Source: Candidatus Latescibacterota bacterium (GTDB lineage Bacteria > Latescibacterota > UBA2968 > GCA-2709665). From it: a DNA stretch of 64,000 bases. The translations under genes were made by a program, and so were the position numbers. The stretch spans positions 32,001 to 96,000 of the forward strand of contig CAXXXF010000017.1 of the NCBI GenBank assembly GCA_963667175.2. The letters run 5' to 3'. The notes beneath the pieces are model-generated. The model did not search any database and was not told the DNA's origin. It worked only from the letters and a program-made list of their open reading frames with translations. Below, in pieces: positions 10,298-21,020 of the stretch (positions are counted from its first letter, which is position 1; every line of letters starts with the position of its first letter).

Positions 10298-10487
10298 ATC
10301 GCCCTCCAAATCGCGGAATCCTGTCGAAAAGACGTTCCCTGGAATCCACCCCGATTCCGTTCTCGTTCCCCGTACAAACGGTATCCCGCCCTTGACTTTG
10401 GGCCATGGAGGGTTTACATTGCTTAGCAGCCCGCAGATAAAGTCCATCCGGGCTACGTCCGGCTCTTGTGACCGAATGACGGCGTTG

Positions 10488-10517
10488 CCTGCCTGTGCGT
10501 GTCCGCACGCAGACAGG
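10488..10517. repeat. 30-bp palindromic mini-element CCTGCCTGTGCGTGTCCGCACGCAGACAGG
   Basis: Imperfect palindrome; near-identical to the reverse complement of 53170-53202. Confidence 0.7.
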
Positions 10518-10665
10518 CACGCCTTGTCTTCGGCCACAATGACTCGGCTTCGCCTGCAGAGCGACTTTTTCAACGGACTGTTAGCGTGCGGATACACACG
10601 CGGAATTATGCTCTCTGACTGCACAGACGCGCCGAAAACGACGTCATCCATGAAAGGGTGAGACC

Positions 10666-11319
10666 ATGGAAGCGCAAGATCGGGCAAACGAACAGCCGGA
10701 GTCGGGGATCGGGGACGACGAACCTTTCGAATCCGACGGCCAGACGGACGAGACGACGCAAACAGACGACCAGGAACACGTACAGCTGGACCTCCAGGAT
10801 CGGGACGAAGACGCCATCGAGGCTGTCCACGTGACAGACGCACAGACGGAATTCAAGGACCCCGAAGGCGGACAGCTCGATCTCCAGGACCGGCGGGACG
10901 AGTCCCTCGAATCCGTCGCCCATTCGGACGAGCCTGCGGCTACGGTGGAAACTGAAGAACCGCGGGTTGAAACGGAGGATGGCACAGACGGGCAGGCGGA
11001 CGCCGGCGACCATGAAGAGGCCCGGATGGAGTCGGAAAACCGGGTGTCCGAGCAGCTGGATCACCTGATCAGTGAAATCGACCGCGCCGTCGGGATTATC
11101 CGGCAGTTGCGACAGCGGACCGCCGAACTCGACGAGAGAAACCGGGAACTTCAGGAACGACTGGAAAACAAGGACCAGGTGATCTCCGGATTGCAGGCAG
11201 AAAGGGAACGTCTCCGGTCCATCTACGATAATAATGCATCGCTGATTGAAAACAAGGAGGAGATCCAACGCAAAATCGAAACCATGATCTCGCGTCTGGA
11301 TTCAGTGAATACAGCGTAA
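10666..11319 (+). CDS. ZapB-like coiled-coil protein with long acidic N-terminal extension
   Basis: C-terminal ~90-aa heptad coiled coil ending ..IETMISRLDS; directly upstream of zapA. Confidence 0.65.
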   Translation: MEAQDRANEQPESGIGDDEPFESDGQTDETTQTDDQEHVQLDLQDRDEDAIEAVHVTDAQTEFKDPEGGQLDLQDRRDESLESVAHSDEPAATVETEEPRVETEDGTDGQADAGDHEEARMESENRVSEQLDHLISEIDRAVGIIRQLRQRTAELDERNRELQERLENKDQVISGLQAERERLRSIYDNNASLIENKEEIQRKIETMISRLDSVNTA

Positions 11320-11386
11320 AACAGCACCGCCGACGTCCACGCCGCGCCACGGAGCTTCACGCTGCGTCCGGATGTCCCGAGGTCTC

Positions 11387-11671
11387 ATGTCTGAACAACC
11401 GCTAATACGCGTCCAGATCTTCGGCACCGAATACAACGTCCACTCGGAAGGCGACCCGGATCACGCCCGGGCCGTGGCACGGTACGTCGACCAGAAAATG
11501 CGTGACGTCGCAAACGCCATTTCACTTCGTTCGGTTGCCAAGATTGCAGTCGTAGCCGCCGTCAATCTCGCGCACGAACTGCTCAAAGAGGAAGAAGCCA
11601 GTCGAAAGTTGGGTAAGACCCTGACGGACAAGACCCACAATCTTGCCTCTTTAACAAACCGGATTGCGTAG
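11387..11671 (+). CDS. zapA: Cell division protein ZapA
   Basis: VQIFGTEY..VARYVDQKM..KIAVVAAVNLAHEL. Confidence 0.9.
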   Translation: MSEQPLIRVQIFGTEYNVHSEGDPDHARAVARYVDQKMRDVANAISLRSVAKIAVVAAVNLAHELLKEEEASRKLGKTLTDKTHNLASLTNRIA

Positions 11672-11689
11672 AGACGACCTCGATCATAT

Positions 11690-11831
11690 AGGTCGTGCCT
11701 GCAATTCCGCACACCCAGGCCGGATCAACGATTCCGGTGCCGCCTGCTGCGTTCATCTGAAACCATCCGGAGCGATCACCGCGACCCGGACGGGACGTGC
11801 GGAACCGGATGAGCGCAAGCGGGTTTTTTTT
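11690..11831 (+). ncRNA. Putative 6S RNA or structured RNA
   Basis: Typical zapA-6S-rny position; complementary segments CTGCTGCGTTCATC/GATGAGCGCAAGCGG and TTCCGCAC/GTGCGGAA; ends in a T run. Boundaries uncertain. Confidence 0.45.
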
Positions 11832-11874
11832 GTTTACGAGTTGATGCGTGGTCCCAATTGACGTGGAGGCCGAA

Positions 11875-13461
11875 ATGAACCTGCCGATAGACACGACCAT
11901 GGAAGTCGTGACGATCATCATGCTGTCGGCCGGGCTGCTTATACTGGGATTCATCCTGGGTTGGCTGATCAGCGGCAAGATCGCGAAGCGCAAGATTCAT
12001 CGCGCCGAACTCTCCGCGGAGAAAATTCTGGAAGATGCCCAGACCGAAGCCGACGCAATGAAACGGACGGCGGTCCTGGAGGCCAAAGACAGGATACAGC
12101 AGGAGCGGCTCCGGTTCGATCAGGAACTGAAAGAAAAACGCGATCGGTCCAACAGGGAAGAGTCGAAACTGAGCAGCCTCAGACGGCAACTCGACAAACG
12201 TGCGGACCTGTTGAACGACAAGGAAAAACTGGCTACGGAGAAAGATGAGGGGCTCCGGCTTCTGGAGGAGCAGCTCGCGGACCGGTCACGGGAACTTGAA
12301 CAGGGCCAGCTGAGGCAGAACAGGCGCCTGGAACAGATCGCGGGTCTTACGAAGGAAGAGGCAAAACGGGTCCTGATGGCCAACATGGAAGCGGATGCGG
12401 AACGCGATGCGGAATGGCGGCTGAAGGAAATCCGCGACGACGCACTCGTCCGGGCAAACGATGAAGCCCGGGAAATCATCGCCGGAGCGATTCAACGATT
12501 GGCCGCGGACCATACCATCGAGTCCACCGTTGCGGTCGTACGCCTGCCTTCCGACGAGATGAAGGGGCGGATTATCGGGCGTGAGGGCCGAAATATCCGG
12601 GCCTTTGAAATGGCCACGGGAGTGGACGTCACGATCGACGACACGCCCGAAGCGGTCATCCTGTCGGGGTTCGACCCCATCCGCCGCGCGATCGCGCAGA
12701 TTGCCATGGAACAACTGATTCTGGACGGGCGCATCCACCCGGGACGGATCGAAGAAATCGTACAGAAGTCGAGGGAGTCGATTCAGGAGGTCATGCACGA
12801 TGCCGGCGTCCAGGCGGCATTCGACGTGGGCGTACCGGGCCTGCACGATCGTCTCGTCGCTTGCCTGGGCCGACTCAAATATCGCACGAGCTACGGTCAG
12901 AACGTACTGAATCACAGCAAAGAGGTGGCCTTTCTAGCGGGTATGATGGCCACTTCGCTTGGACTCGACGCCCAGCTGACCAAACGCGCGGGATTGCTTC
13001 ACGACGTCGGCAAAGGGTTGGCGCACGAAGCCGAGGGCACGTACGGAGAGAATGGCGCTGACCTGGCGCGCAAATACGGTGAAGACACGATTGTGATAAA
13101 CGCGATCGAGGCGCATCATGGAGATTCGGACCCGATTTCGCCGGTTGCCGTACTGGTCGACGCGGCCGACACCGTTTCCAGGTCGCGGCCGGGCGCGCAG
13201 CGCGAACAGATCGAGAATTACGTCCGACGCCTGGAACGACTGGAGTCCATCGCCAAGATGATCCAGGGCGTCGAATCGGTCTTCGCCATCAAAGCCGGAC
13301 AGGAGGTCCGTGTGGTGGCGGACTCCGATATGATGAGCGACGCCGACACGGAACGCCTGGCCACGCAGATCGTCTCCCGGCTCACGGAAGACGCCACCTG
13401 CCCGGGGCCGGTCAAGGTAACCGTCATCAGAGAAACGCGTTCGGTGGACTTTGCGCGCTGA
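11875..13461 (+). CDS. rny: Ribonuclease Y
   Basis: N-terminal TM, coiled coil, KH domain (MKGRIIGREGRNIR), HD domain (LLHDVGK). Confidence 0.97.
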   Translation: MNLPIDTTMEVVTIIMLSAGLLILGFILGWLISGKIAKRKIHRAELSAEKILEDAQTEADAMKRTAVLEAKDRIQQERLRFDQELKEKRDRSNREESKLSSLRRQLDKRADLLNDKEKLATEKDEGLRLLEEQLADRSRELEQGQLRQNRRLEQIAGLTKEEAKRVLMANMEADAERDAEWRLKEIRDDALVRANDEAREIIAGAIQRLAADHTIESTVAVVRLPSDEMKGRIIGREGRNIRAFEMATGVDVTIDDTPEAVILSGFDPIRRAIAQIAMEQLILDGRIHPGRIEEIVQKSRESIQEVMHDAGVQAAFDVGVPGLHDRLVACLGRLKYRTSYGQNVLNHSKEVAFLAGMMATSLGLDAQLTKRAGLLHDVGKGLAHEAEGTYGENGADLARKYGEDTIVINAIEAHHGDSDPISPVAVLVDAADTVSRSRPGAQREQIENYVRRLERLESIAKMIQGVESVFAIKAGQEVRVVADSDMMSDADTERLATQIVSRLTEDATCPGPVKVTVIRETRSVDFAR

Positions 13462-13604
13462 AGGCGCCGGCCCGGTCCCCGCTTTCCCCGCAACCGTATC
13501 CCGAAGGTCCGCGTGTCCGTTGCCGGCTTTATTGCCTGCCGGAACAAACGCCTGCGCGCGGGCAACTCAGCCTCACTCATTGACCGAAATCTACAGGTGT
13601 CCAC

Positions 13605-14393
13605 TTGAATATCCTGTTTGTCGGCGATATCTACGGCAGGCCGGGCAGAAAAGCGGCCGCGGACCTGATTCCCCGCCTCAAGGAAAGCCACGGGATCGAT
13701 TTCTGTATCGCCAATGGAGAAAACGCCGCCGGCGGCTTCGGCATTACCGAAAACATCGCGAAGAAACTCTTTGCCTACGGGGCCGACGTGATTACCACGG
13801 GAAACCACGTCTGGGACCGAAAGGACGACATCCCGTACATACTCGGCGCCGACCGGGTTCTGCGTCCGTCGAATTTCCCGGAGAGTGTGGGCGGCGCCGG
13901 TTACGGCGTCTTCACCGCCTCGAACGGAATCCCGATCGGCGTGGTCTGCATCCAGGGCCGGGTGCATATGCTCGACCTGGACTGCCCCTTTCGCGTCGGC
14001 AGGGAAATAGTGGACCGCCTTCGCCGGCAGACCCCGGTGATTCTCATCGATTTTCACGCGGAGGCGAGTTCTGAAAAAATCGCGTACGGATGGTTTATGG
14101 ACGGCCGCGCCAGCGCCGTTCTTGGCACCCACACCCACGTGCAGACCGCCGATGAGCGCATTCTGCCGGGCGGAACGGCCTACGTGTCCGACGCCGGCAT
14201 GACCGGCCCCCACGACTCCGTGATCGGCACCCGCAAGGAGCCGGTGATCCAGCGGTTTCTGGACCGTATGCCTGTGCGGTTTGATCCCGCTGAAGGCGAC
14301 GTCAAGCTTTGCGGCGTCGTCGTGGAAGTCGAAGACGAAACCGGAAAAGCGACACGAATCGAGAGACTGCGCGTCGACTGGCAGGAGACCTGA
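13605..14393 (+). CDS. ymdB: YmdB-like metallophosphoesterase (TIGR00282)
   Basis: GDIYG, NGENAAGG, GNH, DFHAE, GTHTHVQTAD, DAGMTG; follows rny. Confidence 0.93.
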   Translation: MNILFVGDIYGRPGRKAAADLIPRLKESHGIDFCIANGENAAGGFGITENIAKKLFAYGADVITTGNHVWDRKDDIPYILGADRVLRPSNFPESVGGAGYGVFTASNGIPIGVVCIQGRVHMLDLDCPFRVGREIVDRLRRQTPVILIDFHAEASSEKIAYGWFMDGRASAVLGTHTHVQTADERILPGGTAYVSDAGMTGPHDSVIGTRKEPVIQRFLDRMPVRFDPAEGDVKLCGVVVEVEDETGKATRIERLRVDWQET

Positions 14394-14395
14394 TC

Positions 14396-15607
14396 GTGGC
14401 GGAACGGCCCTATACCGTTACAGAAATAACGCAGGCAATCCGAAAAAAACTCGAAGCGGAATATCCCGTCCTGTGGGTTGTGGGTGAAATATCTCAATAC
14501 AACCAGGCGGCTTCGGGCCATCGTTACTTTACTCTCATCGACCAGACCTGCCAGCTCCGGTGCGTGATGTGGCGGTCTGCGACGCCGGCGTTCCAACCCG
14601 AAACCGGCGTCAAGGCGCTCGCCCGGGGGCGGATTACGGTCTATGAACGCAACGGCGAGTACCAGCTGATCGTCACGCAGCTCTTCCCCGCTGGCAGCGG
14701 CCAGCAGCAACTCGCCCTGGAAGCGTTGAAGCGCAAGCTTCAGGAGGAAGGGTTGTTCGATCAGGCGCGGAAACGCGCGCTGCCCGCGTTCCCGCTTTCG
14801 ATCGGTGTGGCCACGTCCCGCACGGGAGCGGCGATTCGGGACATTCTCAATGTCCTGGAAAGGCGATTTCCAGGTGTCACCATCATACTCCGGCCGACGC
14901 TGGTTCAGGGCGCCGGGGCGCCGGAAGACGTGGCGCTTGCCATCGGAGAGCTGAACGCGCACGGCAAGGCTGACGTGCTGATCGTGGGGCGCGGCGGAGG
15001 TTCCGTGGAAGACCTGGCCGCGTTCAACACCGAGGTCGTCGTTCGCGCCATCTGCGGCTCCGGCATTCCCGTAATTTCCGCCGTGGGACACGAAGTTGAC
15101 GTCACCCTCGCCGACCTTGCCGCCGATTGCAGGGCGCCCACGCCATCGGCGGCGGCCGAACTGGCCGTTCGCGACGCCGACGAGTTGCGCGCACGGATTC
15201 AAAACCTGACAAAGCGCTCCTGCGTCGCGCTGAACCGCTATCTGAAAGAGAACCAGGACCTGCTCAGCGGCTACATGGGCCGGTACGGATTGCGAAAGGT
15301 CGAAGACAACGTCCTCCAGAACGTCCAGACCGTCGACGACCTTCAGAGGAGCCTCCAGAGCGGCCTCAGGCGCATTTTCGACCTGCGCATGGAATCGTAT
15401 CGCCGCCGCACCGTCGAACTCGGCGCGCTCAGCCCGCTCTCCGTCCTGAGCCGGGGGTACAGCCTCACGCATCGGGCCGACAACAATGCGCTGGTCACCC
15501 GCGCCGAATCACTTTCGAAGGACGAGCAGGTCCGCGTTCGCCTGTCCAGAGGCGAAATCTTCTGCACGGTCGACCGTATTCTGGCCGAGAGTCCGACGGT
15601 ACGTTGA
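14396..15607 (+). CDS. xseA: Exodeoxyribonuclease VII large subunit
   Basis: WVVGEIS..SGHRYF, GRGGGS.EDL, SAVGHE.D, APTPSAAAE, LSPLSVLSRGYS. Confidence 0.95.
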   Translation: MAERPYTVTEITQAIRKKLEAEYPVLWVVGEISQYNQAASGHRYFTLIDQTCQLRCVMWRSATPAFQPETGVKALARGRITVYERNGEYQLIVTQLFPAGSGQQQLALEALKRKLQEEGLFDQARKRALPAFPLSIGVATSRTGAAIRDILNVLERRFPGVTIILRPTLVQGAGAPEDVALAIGELNAHGKADVLIVGRGGGSVEDLAAFNTEVVVRAICGSGIPVISAVGHEVDVTLADLAADCRAPTPSAAAELAVRDADELRARIQNLTKRSCVALNRYLKENQDLLSGYMGRYGLRKVEDNVLQNVQTVDDLQRSLQSGLRRIFDLRMESYRRRTVELGALSPLSVLSRGYSLTHRADNNALVTRAESLSKDEQVRVRLSRGEIFCTVDRILAESPTVR

Positions 15608-15692
15608 GAGTCGACGGCATTCCCTCTTGACGGTTACGCGGTTCGGGCGGGTACTCGAACGTTACAGGCCCTTCAAACCCACGAGGAATCCG

Positions 15693-15947
15693 ATGGCCGA
15701 AGAAGAACCCACTTTCGAAGAGGCGCTGAAAAAACTCGAGACCGCGGTAGAGACCCTGGAAGGCGGAAACCTGCCCCTGGCGGAAGCGCTCCGACTCTTC
15801 GAAGAGGGACTGAAGGCGTCGAACCACTGCCGCGCGCGGCTCGAAGAGGCCAGACAACGCGTCGAAGTCCTCGCCGCAGAGAGCGGAAACGACTTTCAGC
15901 TGACCGACCTGGATGCCGACGGGGTACCCCCGGAACAGGGTGCGTAA
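15693..15947 (+). CDS. xseB: Exodeoxyribonuclease VII small subunit
   Basis: TFEEALKKLE..LEGG.LPL..ALRLFEEG; follows xseA. Confidence 0.93.
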   Translation: MAEEEPTFEEALKKLETAVETLEGGNLPLAEALRLFEEGLKASNHCRARLEEARQRVEVLAAESGNDFQLTDLDADGVPPEQGA

Positions 15948-16025
15948 CACCGATTGCGAGATCCGGAAATTCAGGCTACATTGATTTATGCAGCCACAGC
16001 GTATTATTTACGAAGAGCGGTTCCA

Positions 16026-16892
16026 GTGAAGCGCATCGGCATTCTTGCATATATCGAACGAGACGGCATCGGTCCCATCCTCCAGAATTTCGTGAGGCTC
16101 GCGCAGGACCAGGACATCGAGCTCATTCTGGAGGAACCGTTACGGGAAGTTTGTGTCTCCAGCGGGGTCTCTTACCGGCCAGGCGCCCACCTGGCCGGTT
16201 GTTCGGATATTGTCGTCGCCCTGGGCGGCGACGGCACCATTCTGCGCGCGGCCAACCTGGTCGGCGCTACGCAGAAGCCCATTCTGGGCGTCAACCTCGG
16301 GCGGCTGGGGTTTCTGGCGGGAGCCGCGCTCGAAGAGTTGCGGGAAAGTCTGGGCAGATTGAAACGGGGGGAATACCAGCTCGAGGAACGCATGGCCCTC
16401 GAAGCGGAAATCGGCAACAGGACTTTTTTCGCGCTCAATGAGTTCGTATTCGAAAAAGCGGTGCTCGCCCGTCTGGTCCAGGTGAAGTCCTGGATTTCCG
16501 AAACGCCGTTCAGCTCCTTTTTCGGGAACGGCATTATCGTATCCACCCCAACGGGCTCAACCAGTTACAGCCTTTCCGCGGGAGGGCCCATCGTCCATCC
16601 CGATCTGCGGGCATTCATCGTCACGCCAATCTGCGCGCACTCGCTATCGTTGCGTCCCGCCGTCGTCCCGGGCAGTCAGTCGATCACCGTGCAGATGATC
16701 GCCGAACACACCGATATCATGGTCACCGCGGACGGCAAGATCGTCTCTCCGATACAGCCTGAAGAACGCGTGCACATCCGACAGGCCGCCCATACCACCC
16801 GCCTGATCAACCTCCAGGGGCTGTCCTTCTATCAGTTGCTCAGTCGAAAACTGGACTGGAGTCTGGACCGGCGCAAAACTCGGGAGTACTGA
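16026..16892 (+). CDS. nadK: NAD kinase
   Basis: LGGDGTIL, GVNLGRLGFL, NE, STPTGSTSYSLSAGGP. Confidence 0.93.
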   Translation: MKRIGILAYIERDGIGPILQNFVRLAQDQDIELILEEPLREVCVSSGVSYRPGAHLAGCSDIVVALGGDGTILRAANLVGATQKPILGVNLGRLGFLAGAALEELRESLGRLKRGEYQLEERMALEAEIGNRTFFALNEFVFEKAVLARLVQVKSWISETPFSSFFGNGIIVSTPTGSTSYSLSAGGPIVHPDLRAFIVTPICAHSLSLRPAVVPGSQSITVQMIAEHTDIMVTADGKIVSPIQPEERVHIRQAAHTTRLINLQGLSFYQLLSRKLDWSLDRRKTREY

Positions 16893-16894
16893 AC

Positions 16895-18595
16895 GTGCTC
16901 TGCCGCCTGCTGGTCGTCAACTATGCGTTGATCGACAGAGTTGAAATTGAATTCGGGCCCGGGCTGAACATCATTACGGGTGAAACCGGCGCGGGCAAAT
17001 CCATCCTCATCGGCGCCCTGGGTCTGGTACTCGGAACGCGAGCGAGCCCGGACGTGATCCGGACGAGCGAGAAACGGTGTCTTGTCGAGGCCATTTTCCA
17101 GCTGAAATCCGATCACCGGTGTCTGCCGCTTCTGGACGCCATGGGCATCGAGGCCGAGCACGGTGAACTCATCATCCGCCGGGAGATCGTCGCGAACGGC
17201 CGCAGTCGCTGTTTCGTAAACGGTCTGGCCGTCCCCGTCCGTGGGCTGCTCGACCTGGCCCGGGCCCTGGTCGACCTTCACGGACAACACGATCACCAGT
17301 CGCTGCTCTACGCGGAACGTCATATCGACTTTCTGGACGGGTTCGGCAGGCTCGGCGAACTCCGGGAATCGGTCGGTATCGCCCACGGTCGTCTGGCGAA
17401 CCTGCTCGCGAAGCGGGAAAACGCCGACGCCGAAGCACGGCGCATGCGCGACCGGCGGGAACTTCTCGAATTTCAGGTTGAAGAAATCGCCGCGGCAGAC
17501 CCGGAACCGGACGAAGACGAGCGGCTCTTGCAGGAACGATCGCTGCTCACCCACGCCGAACGACTGATTGAAACCGCCGTCAACCTGGAAACCCTGCTCT
17601 ATCAGGGAGACGATTCCATCGTGGATCGCCTGGGCGCGGCAGAGCGCCTCCTGAACGACGCCGTGCAGATGGACGAATCGCTCCGTCTTCAAGCCGATGA
17701 ATTGATCGCCCAGCGTTATGCCATTGAGGAAATCGCCCGTTTCTTTTCGGAGTACGCACGCGGCGTCGAGCACGACCCGGAACGCCTGGCGGAGGTCAGC
17801 GGGCGCCTGGACCTCCTGGCGCATCTGAAGAAGAAATTCGGCGGCAGCCTGGAAACGGTGCTTGCGTATCGTGAGAACGCGGAGAAGGAACTGGCGCAGT
17901 CGGAGCGTCTGGACCGTTCGCTGGCCGAGGTTGAGGGAGACATCGACTCCGCCCGCGCCGGCCTGGCGGACCTGTGCGCCCGGCTTTCCGGAGCGCGCGA
18001 AGCCGCCGCGCGAGACCTCGCGCGCGCAACGATGGATGCGCTCGGAGACCTGGGGATTCCGCGGGCCGACTTCCGCGTCGAGCTGATCCGGGACGAGTCG
18101 CCCGACGGCTGGGTAAACCTGGAAAACCGGCGGTTTCGCGTGGGCCCGAAGGGCATCGAGCGCGTGGAATTCCACGTTTCCACGAACCCCGGCGAAGCCC
18201 TCAGGCCGCTGGTCAGAGTGGCTTCCGGCGGTGAGGTGTCCCGGATCATGCTGGCGCTCAAATCCGTGCTCTCCCAATCCGATCCGGTACAGGTCCTCAT
18301 CTTCGACGAAATCGATATCGGCATATCCGGACGCATCGCCGACGTGGTGGGCAGGAAGCTCAAGAGCCTGTCGTGCGCGCGCCAGACCATCTGCATAACC
18401 CATCTCCCACAGATTGCCAGAATGGCGGATACCCACCTTGCCGTGCACAAGGCCCTGTCGAACGGGCGCACCGTGACCCGGGTGGCGCGCCTCGGCGACG
18501 ACGACAGAGCGCGCGAAATCGCCAAGTTGCTCGGCGGCGAGAAAATCTCGGACCTTAGCATGGAACACGCCCGCGAATTGCTGAGTCAGAACTGA
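16895..18595 (+). CDS. recN: DNA repair protein RecN
   Basis: TGETGAGKS, HGQHD, ASGGEVSR, FDEID.G.SG, ITHLPQ. Confidence 0.96.
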   Translation: MLCRLLVVNYALIDRVEIEFGPGLNIITGETGAGKSILIGALGLVLGTRASPDVIRTSEKRCLVEAIFQLKSDHRCLPLLDAMGIEAEHGELIIRREIVANGRSRCFVNGLAVPVRGLLDLARALVDLHGQHDHQSLLYAERHIDFLDGFGRLGELRESVGIAHGRLANLLAKRENADAEARRMRDRRELLEFQVEEIAAADPEPDEDERLLQERSLLTHAERLIETAVNLETLLYQGDDSIVDRLGAAERLLNDAVQMDESLRLQADELIAQRYAIEEIARFFSEYARGVEHDPERLAEVSGRLDLLAHLKKKFGGSLETVLAYRENAEKELAQSERLDRSLAEVEGDIDSARAGLADLCARLSGAREAAARDLARATMDALGDLGIPRADFRVELIRDESPDGWVNLENRRFRVGPKGIERVEFHVSTNPGEALRPLVRVASGGEVSRIMLALKSVLSQSDPVQVLIFDEIDIGISGRIADVVGRKLKSLSCARQTICITHLPQIARMADTHLAVHKALSNGRTVTRVARLGDDDRAREIAKLLGGEKISDLSMEHARELLSQN

Positions 18596-18659
18596 AGGCG
18601 CGCATACGGGGCCGCCCGCGAGGGTCGCCGCCGTCTGGCGCGAAGGGAAGGACTTCCCG

Positions 18660-19812
18660 GTGAAACCGAAGATTCCGAACCAGCTTGACGACGTTTACGG
18701 GAAAGTCATTGCCGGCGAAAGGCTCTCTGCCGACGACGGGTTGCGGCTTTACGATTCGCCGCATCTCAACGCGGTGGGGTACATGGCCAATATCGTACGC
18801 GAGCGTCTCTGCGGCAACGTGGCCTGGTACGTGCGCAACCAGCATATCAACTATACCAACGTCTGCAACAAGCTCTGCAGATTCTGCTCCTTTTACGTGC
18901 CGCCGAAAGACAGCCGGGGGTACGTACTTTGGCCTGAAGACGTCCAGGAACGGGTCAGACAGTATCTGCACATTCCCATCACCGAAATCCATATGGTCGC
19001 GGGAATCAATCCCAAACTTCCCTATTCCTACTATATCGACATCGTACAGGCGGTGAAGGAAGTCCGCCCGGAGGTCGCCGTAAAGGCCTTTACGGCGATT
19101 GAATGGGTGCAGATCGCCAGAATCGCAAAAAAAACCGCTCCGGGAGGTGATGGTGGAACTCAAGGCTGCCGGGGTGTCGTCGATCCCGGGCGGAGGCGCC
19201 GAAGTCTTCAGCGATCGGGTGCAGGCGGAGATGTTCTGGACCAAGGCCGACTCCGACGAGTGGATGCGGGTTGCCCGCACCGCACACGAAGTGGGGCTGC
19301 CCACCAATGCCACGATGCTCTACGGCCACGTCGAGAATCCGGACGAACGGGTTCAGCACCTGGTCAGCCTGAGAGAGCTTCAGGACGAGACCGGCGGTTT
19401 TCTGGCCTACATTCCGCTTTCCTTTCACCCTGAACGAACCGAACTGGAAGACCTGCCCGCCCCCACGGGCGAGGCCGACCTGCGCGAAATCGCCGTCGCA
19501 CGACTCATGCTGGACAATTTTCCGCACATCAAGACGTTCTGGATCATGAACACCATCGAAATTTCTCAGGTGGCGCTCTGGTACGGCGCCGACGACATCG
19601 ACGGCACCATCCAGGAGTACGAAATCACCAGGCGAACGTACGAAGAGACCCGGCAGGTGCTCACCCGGAGACAACTGGTGGAACGCATTGTGGAAGCGGG
19701 AAGGGTACCCGCGGAACGCGACAATCTCTACAACGAACTCGAAACGCCGGGGGAGATCCCCGAAGACGAGGGTCCTCCGGTCATTCCCGGTGGGAAGTCC
19801 GTGTTGCCGTGA
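18660..19812 (+). CDS. mqnE: Aminofutalosine synthase MqnE-like radical SAM; +1 frameshift in A8 run at 19127-19134
   Basis: HINYTNVCNKLCRFCSF, VKAFTAIE, then PGGGAEVF, ATMLYGHVE and GADDIDGT in the second frame; removing one A joins them. Confidence 0.8.
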
Positions 19813-19908
19813 AACACGTCGAGGACCGTCGAATCGCCGTTGCGCCCCCTCGGGAGAATCGTCGTCGCCAACAGGGGCAATGAGACGTACGGCAGGGAGA
19901 ACCGATCG

Positions 19909-21009
19909 ATGATCGATGACATCGCGGAAAAAATCGACGCTGAAGAGCGCATCACGATGGAAGACGCCAGGCGGCTGATGGCGCATCCGAACGTCACGGA
20001 GCTGGGCATGCTTGCGGATACGGTACGCAGACGCAGGTGGCCGGAAGACGTGGTGACCTACAACGTCGGCCGCAACATCAACTACACCAACGTCTGCTGG
20101 GTGCGCTGCGATTTCTGCGCTTTCTACCGTCCACCCGGATCCGAGGAAGGATACGTCCTGCCACGGGAACAGATCTTTCGGAAAATCGACGAACTGGTGG
20201 CCGCGGGCGGGAAGGCCCCCAAGTCGAACGAGATCCTCATGCAGGGCGGCCTGAATCCCAGACTGCGCATCGACTACTATGAAGATCTCTTCTCCAGCAT
20301 CCGGGAACGATATCCGTCGGTCCACCAGCACTGCCTCTCGGCCACCGAGATCATTTATATAGCCCACATATCACGACTGTCCATCCGGGACTGTATTCGC
20401 CGCCTTCGGGACGCAGGTCTGGATTCCATTCCGGGCGCCGGCGCCGAGATTCTCTCGGACGAGGTGCGCGACGTCATCGGTTACCGCAAAGACCGGGTGC
20501 ACGAGTGGCTGGCGGTACACCGCGCCGCGCACGAACTGGACATGCGAACGACCGCCACCATGATGTACGGCCACGTCGAATCCGTTGACCAGCGCCTCGA
20601 ACATCTGAAACACGTCCGGGACCTCCAGGACGACACCGGCGGCATGACCGCTTTCATTGCGTGGAACTTTCAGCCGGACGACACCGATCTGGCCGCGGAC
20701 AACACCCGCTGGAACGGGAAGAAAGCCACCGGCTACGACTATCTCCGCACGATTGCCGTCTCCCGCCTCTTCCTGGACAATATCCCGAGTTTTCAAGCCT
20801 CGTGGGTGACGCAGGGTCCCAAGATCGCCCAGGTCGGCCTCAAATACGGCGTCAATGACTTCGGGAGCACCATGATGGAGGAGAACGTCGTCTCCGCCGC
20901 AGGTACAAGCCACACGGACGACATGAGTCTTCCGACGATGTTACGTCTCATCCGGGGCGCCGGCTACCGGCCGGCGAGACGAAACACCCGGTACGAAATG
21001 GTGAACTGA
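19909..21009 (+). CDS. mqnC: Cyclic dehypoxanthine futalosine synthase
   Basis: RNINYTNVCWVRCDFCAFYR, LMQGG, TTATMMYGH, QASWVTQG, DFGSTMMEENVV. Confidence 0.9.
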   Translation: MIDDIAEKIDAEERITMEDARRLMAHPNVTELGMLADTVRRRRWPEDVVTYNVGRNINYTNVCWVRCDFCAFYRPPGSEEGYVLPREQIFRKIDELVAAGGKAPKSNEILMQGGLNPRLRIDYYEDLFSSIRERYPSVHQHCLSATEIIYIAHISRLSIRDCIRRLRDAGLDSIPGAGAEILSDEVRDVIGYRKDRVHEWLAVHRAAHELDMRTTATMMYGHVESVDQRLEHLKHVRDLQDDTGGMTAFIAWNFQPDDTDLAADNTRWNGKKATGYDYLRTIAVSRLFLDNIPSFQASWVTQGPKIAQVGLKYGVNDFGSTMMEENVVSAAGTSHTDDMSLPTMLRLIRGAGYRPARRNTRYEMVN

Positions 21010-21020
21010 AAGCCGCGCGA

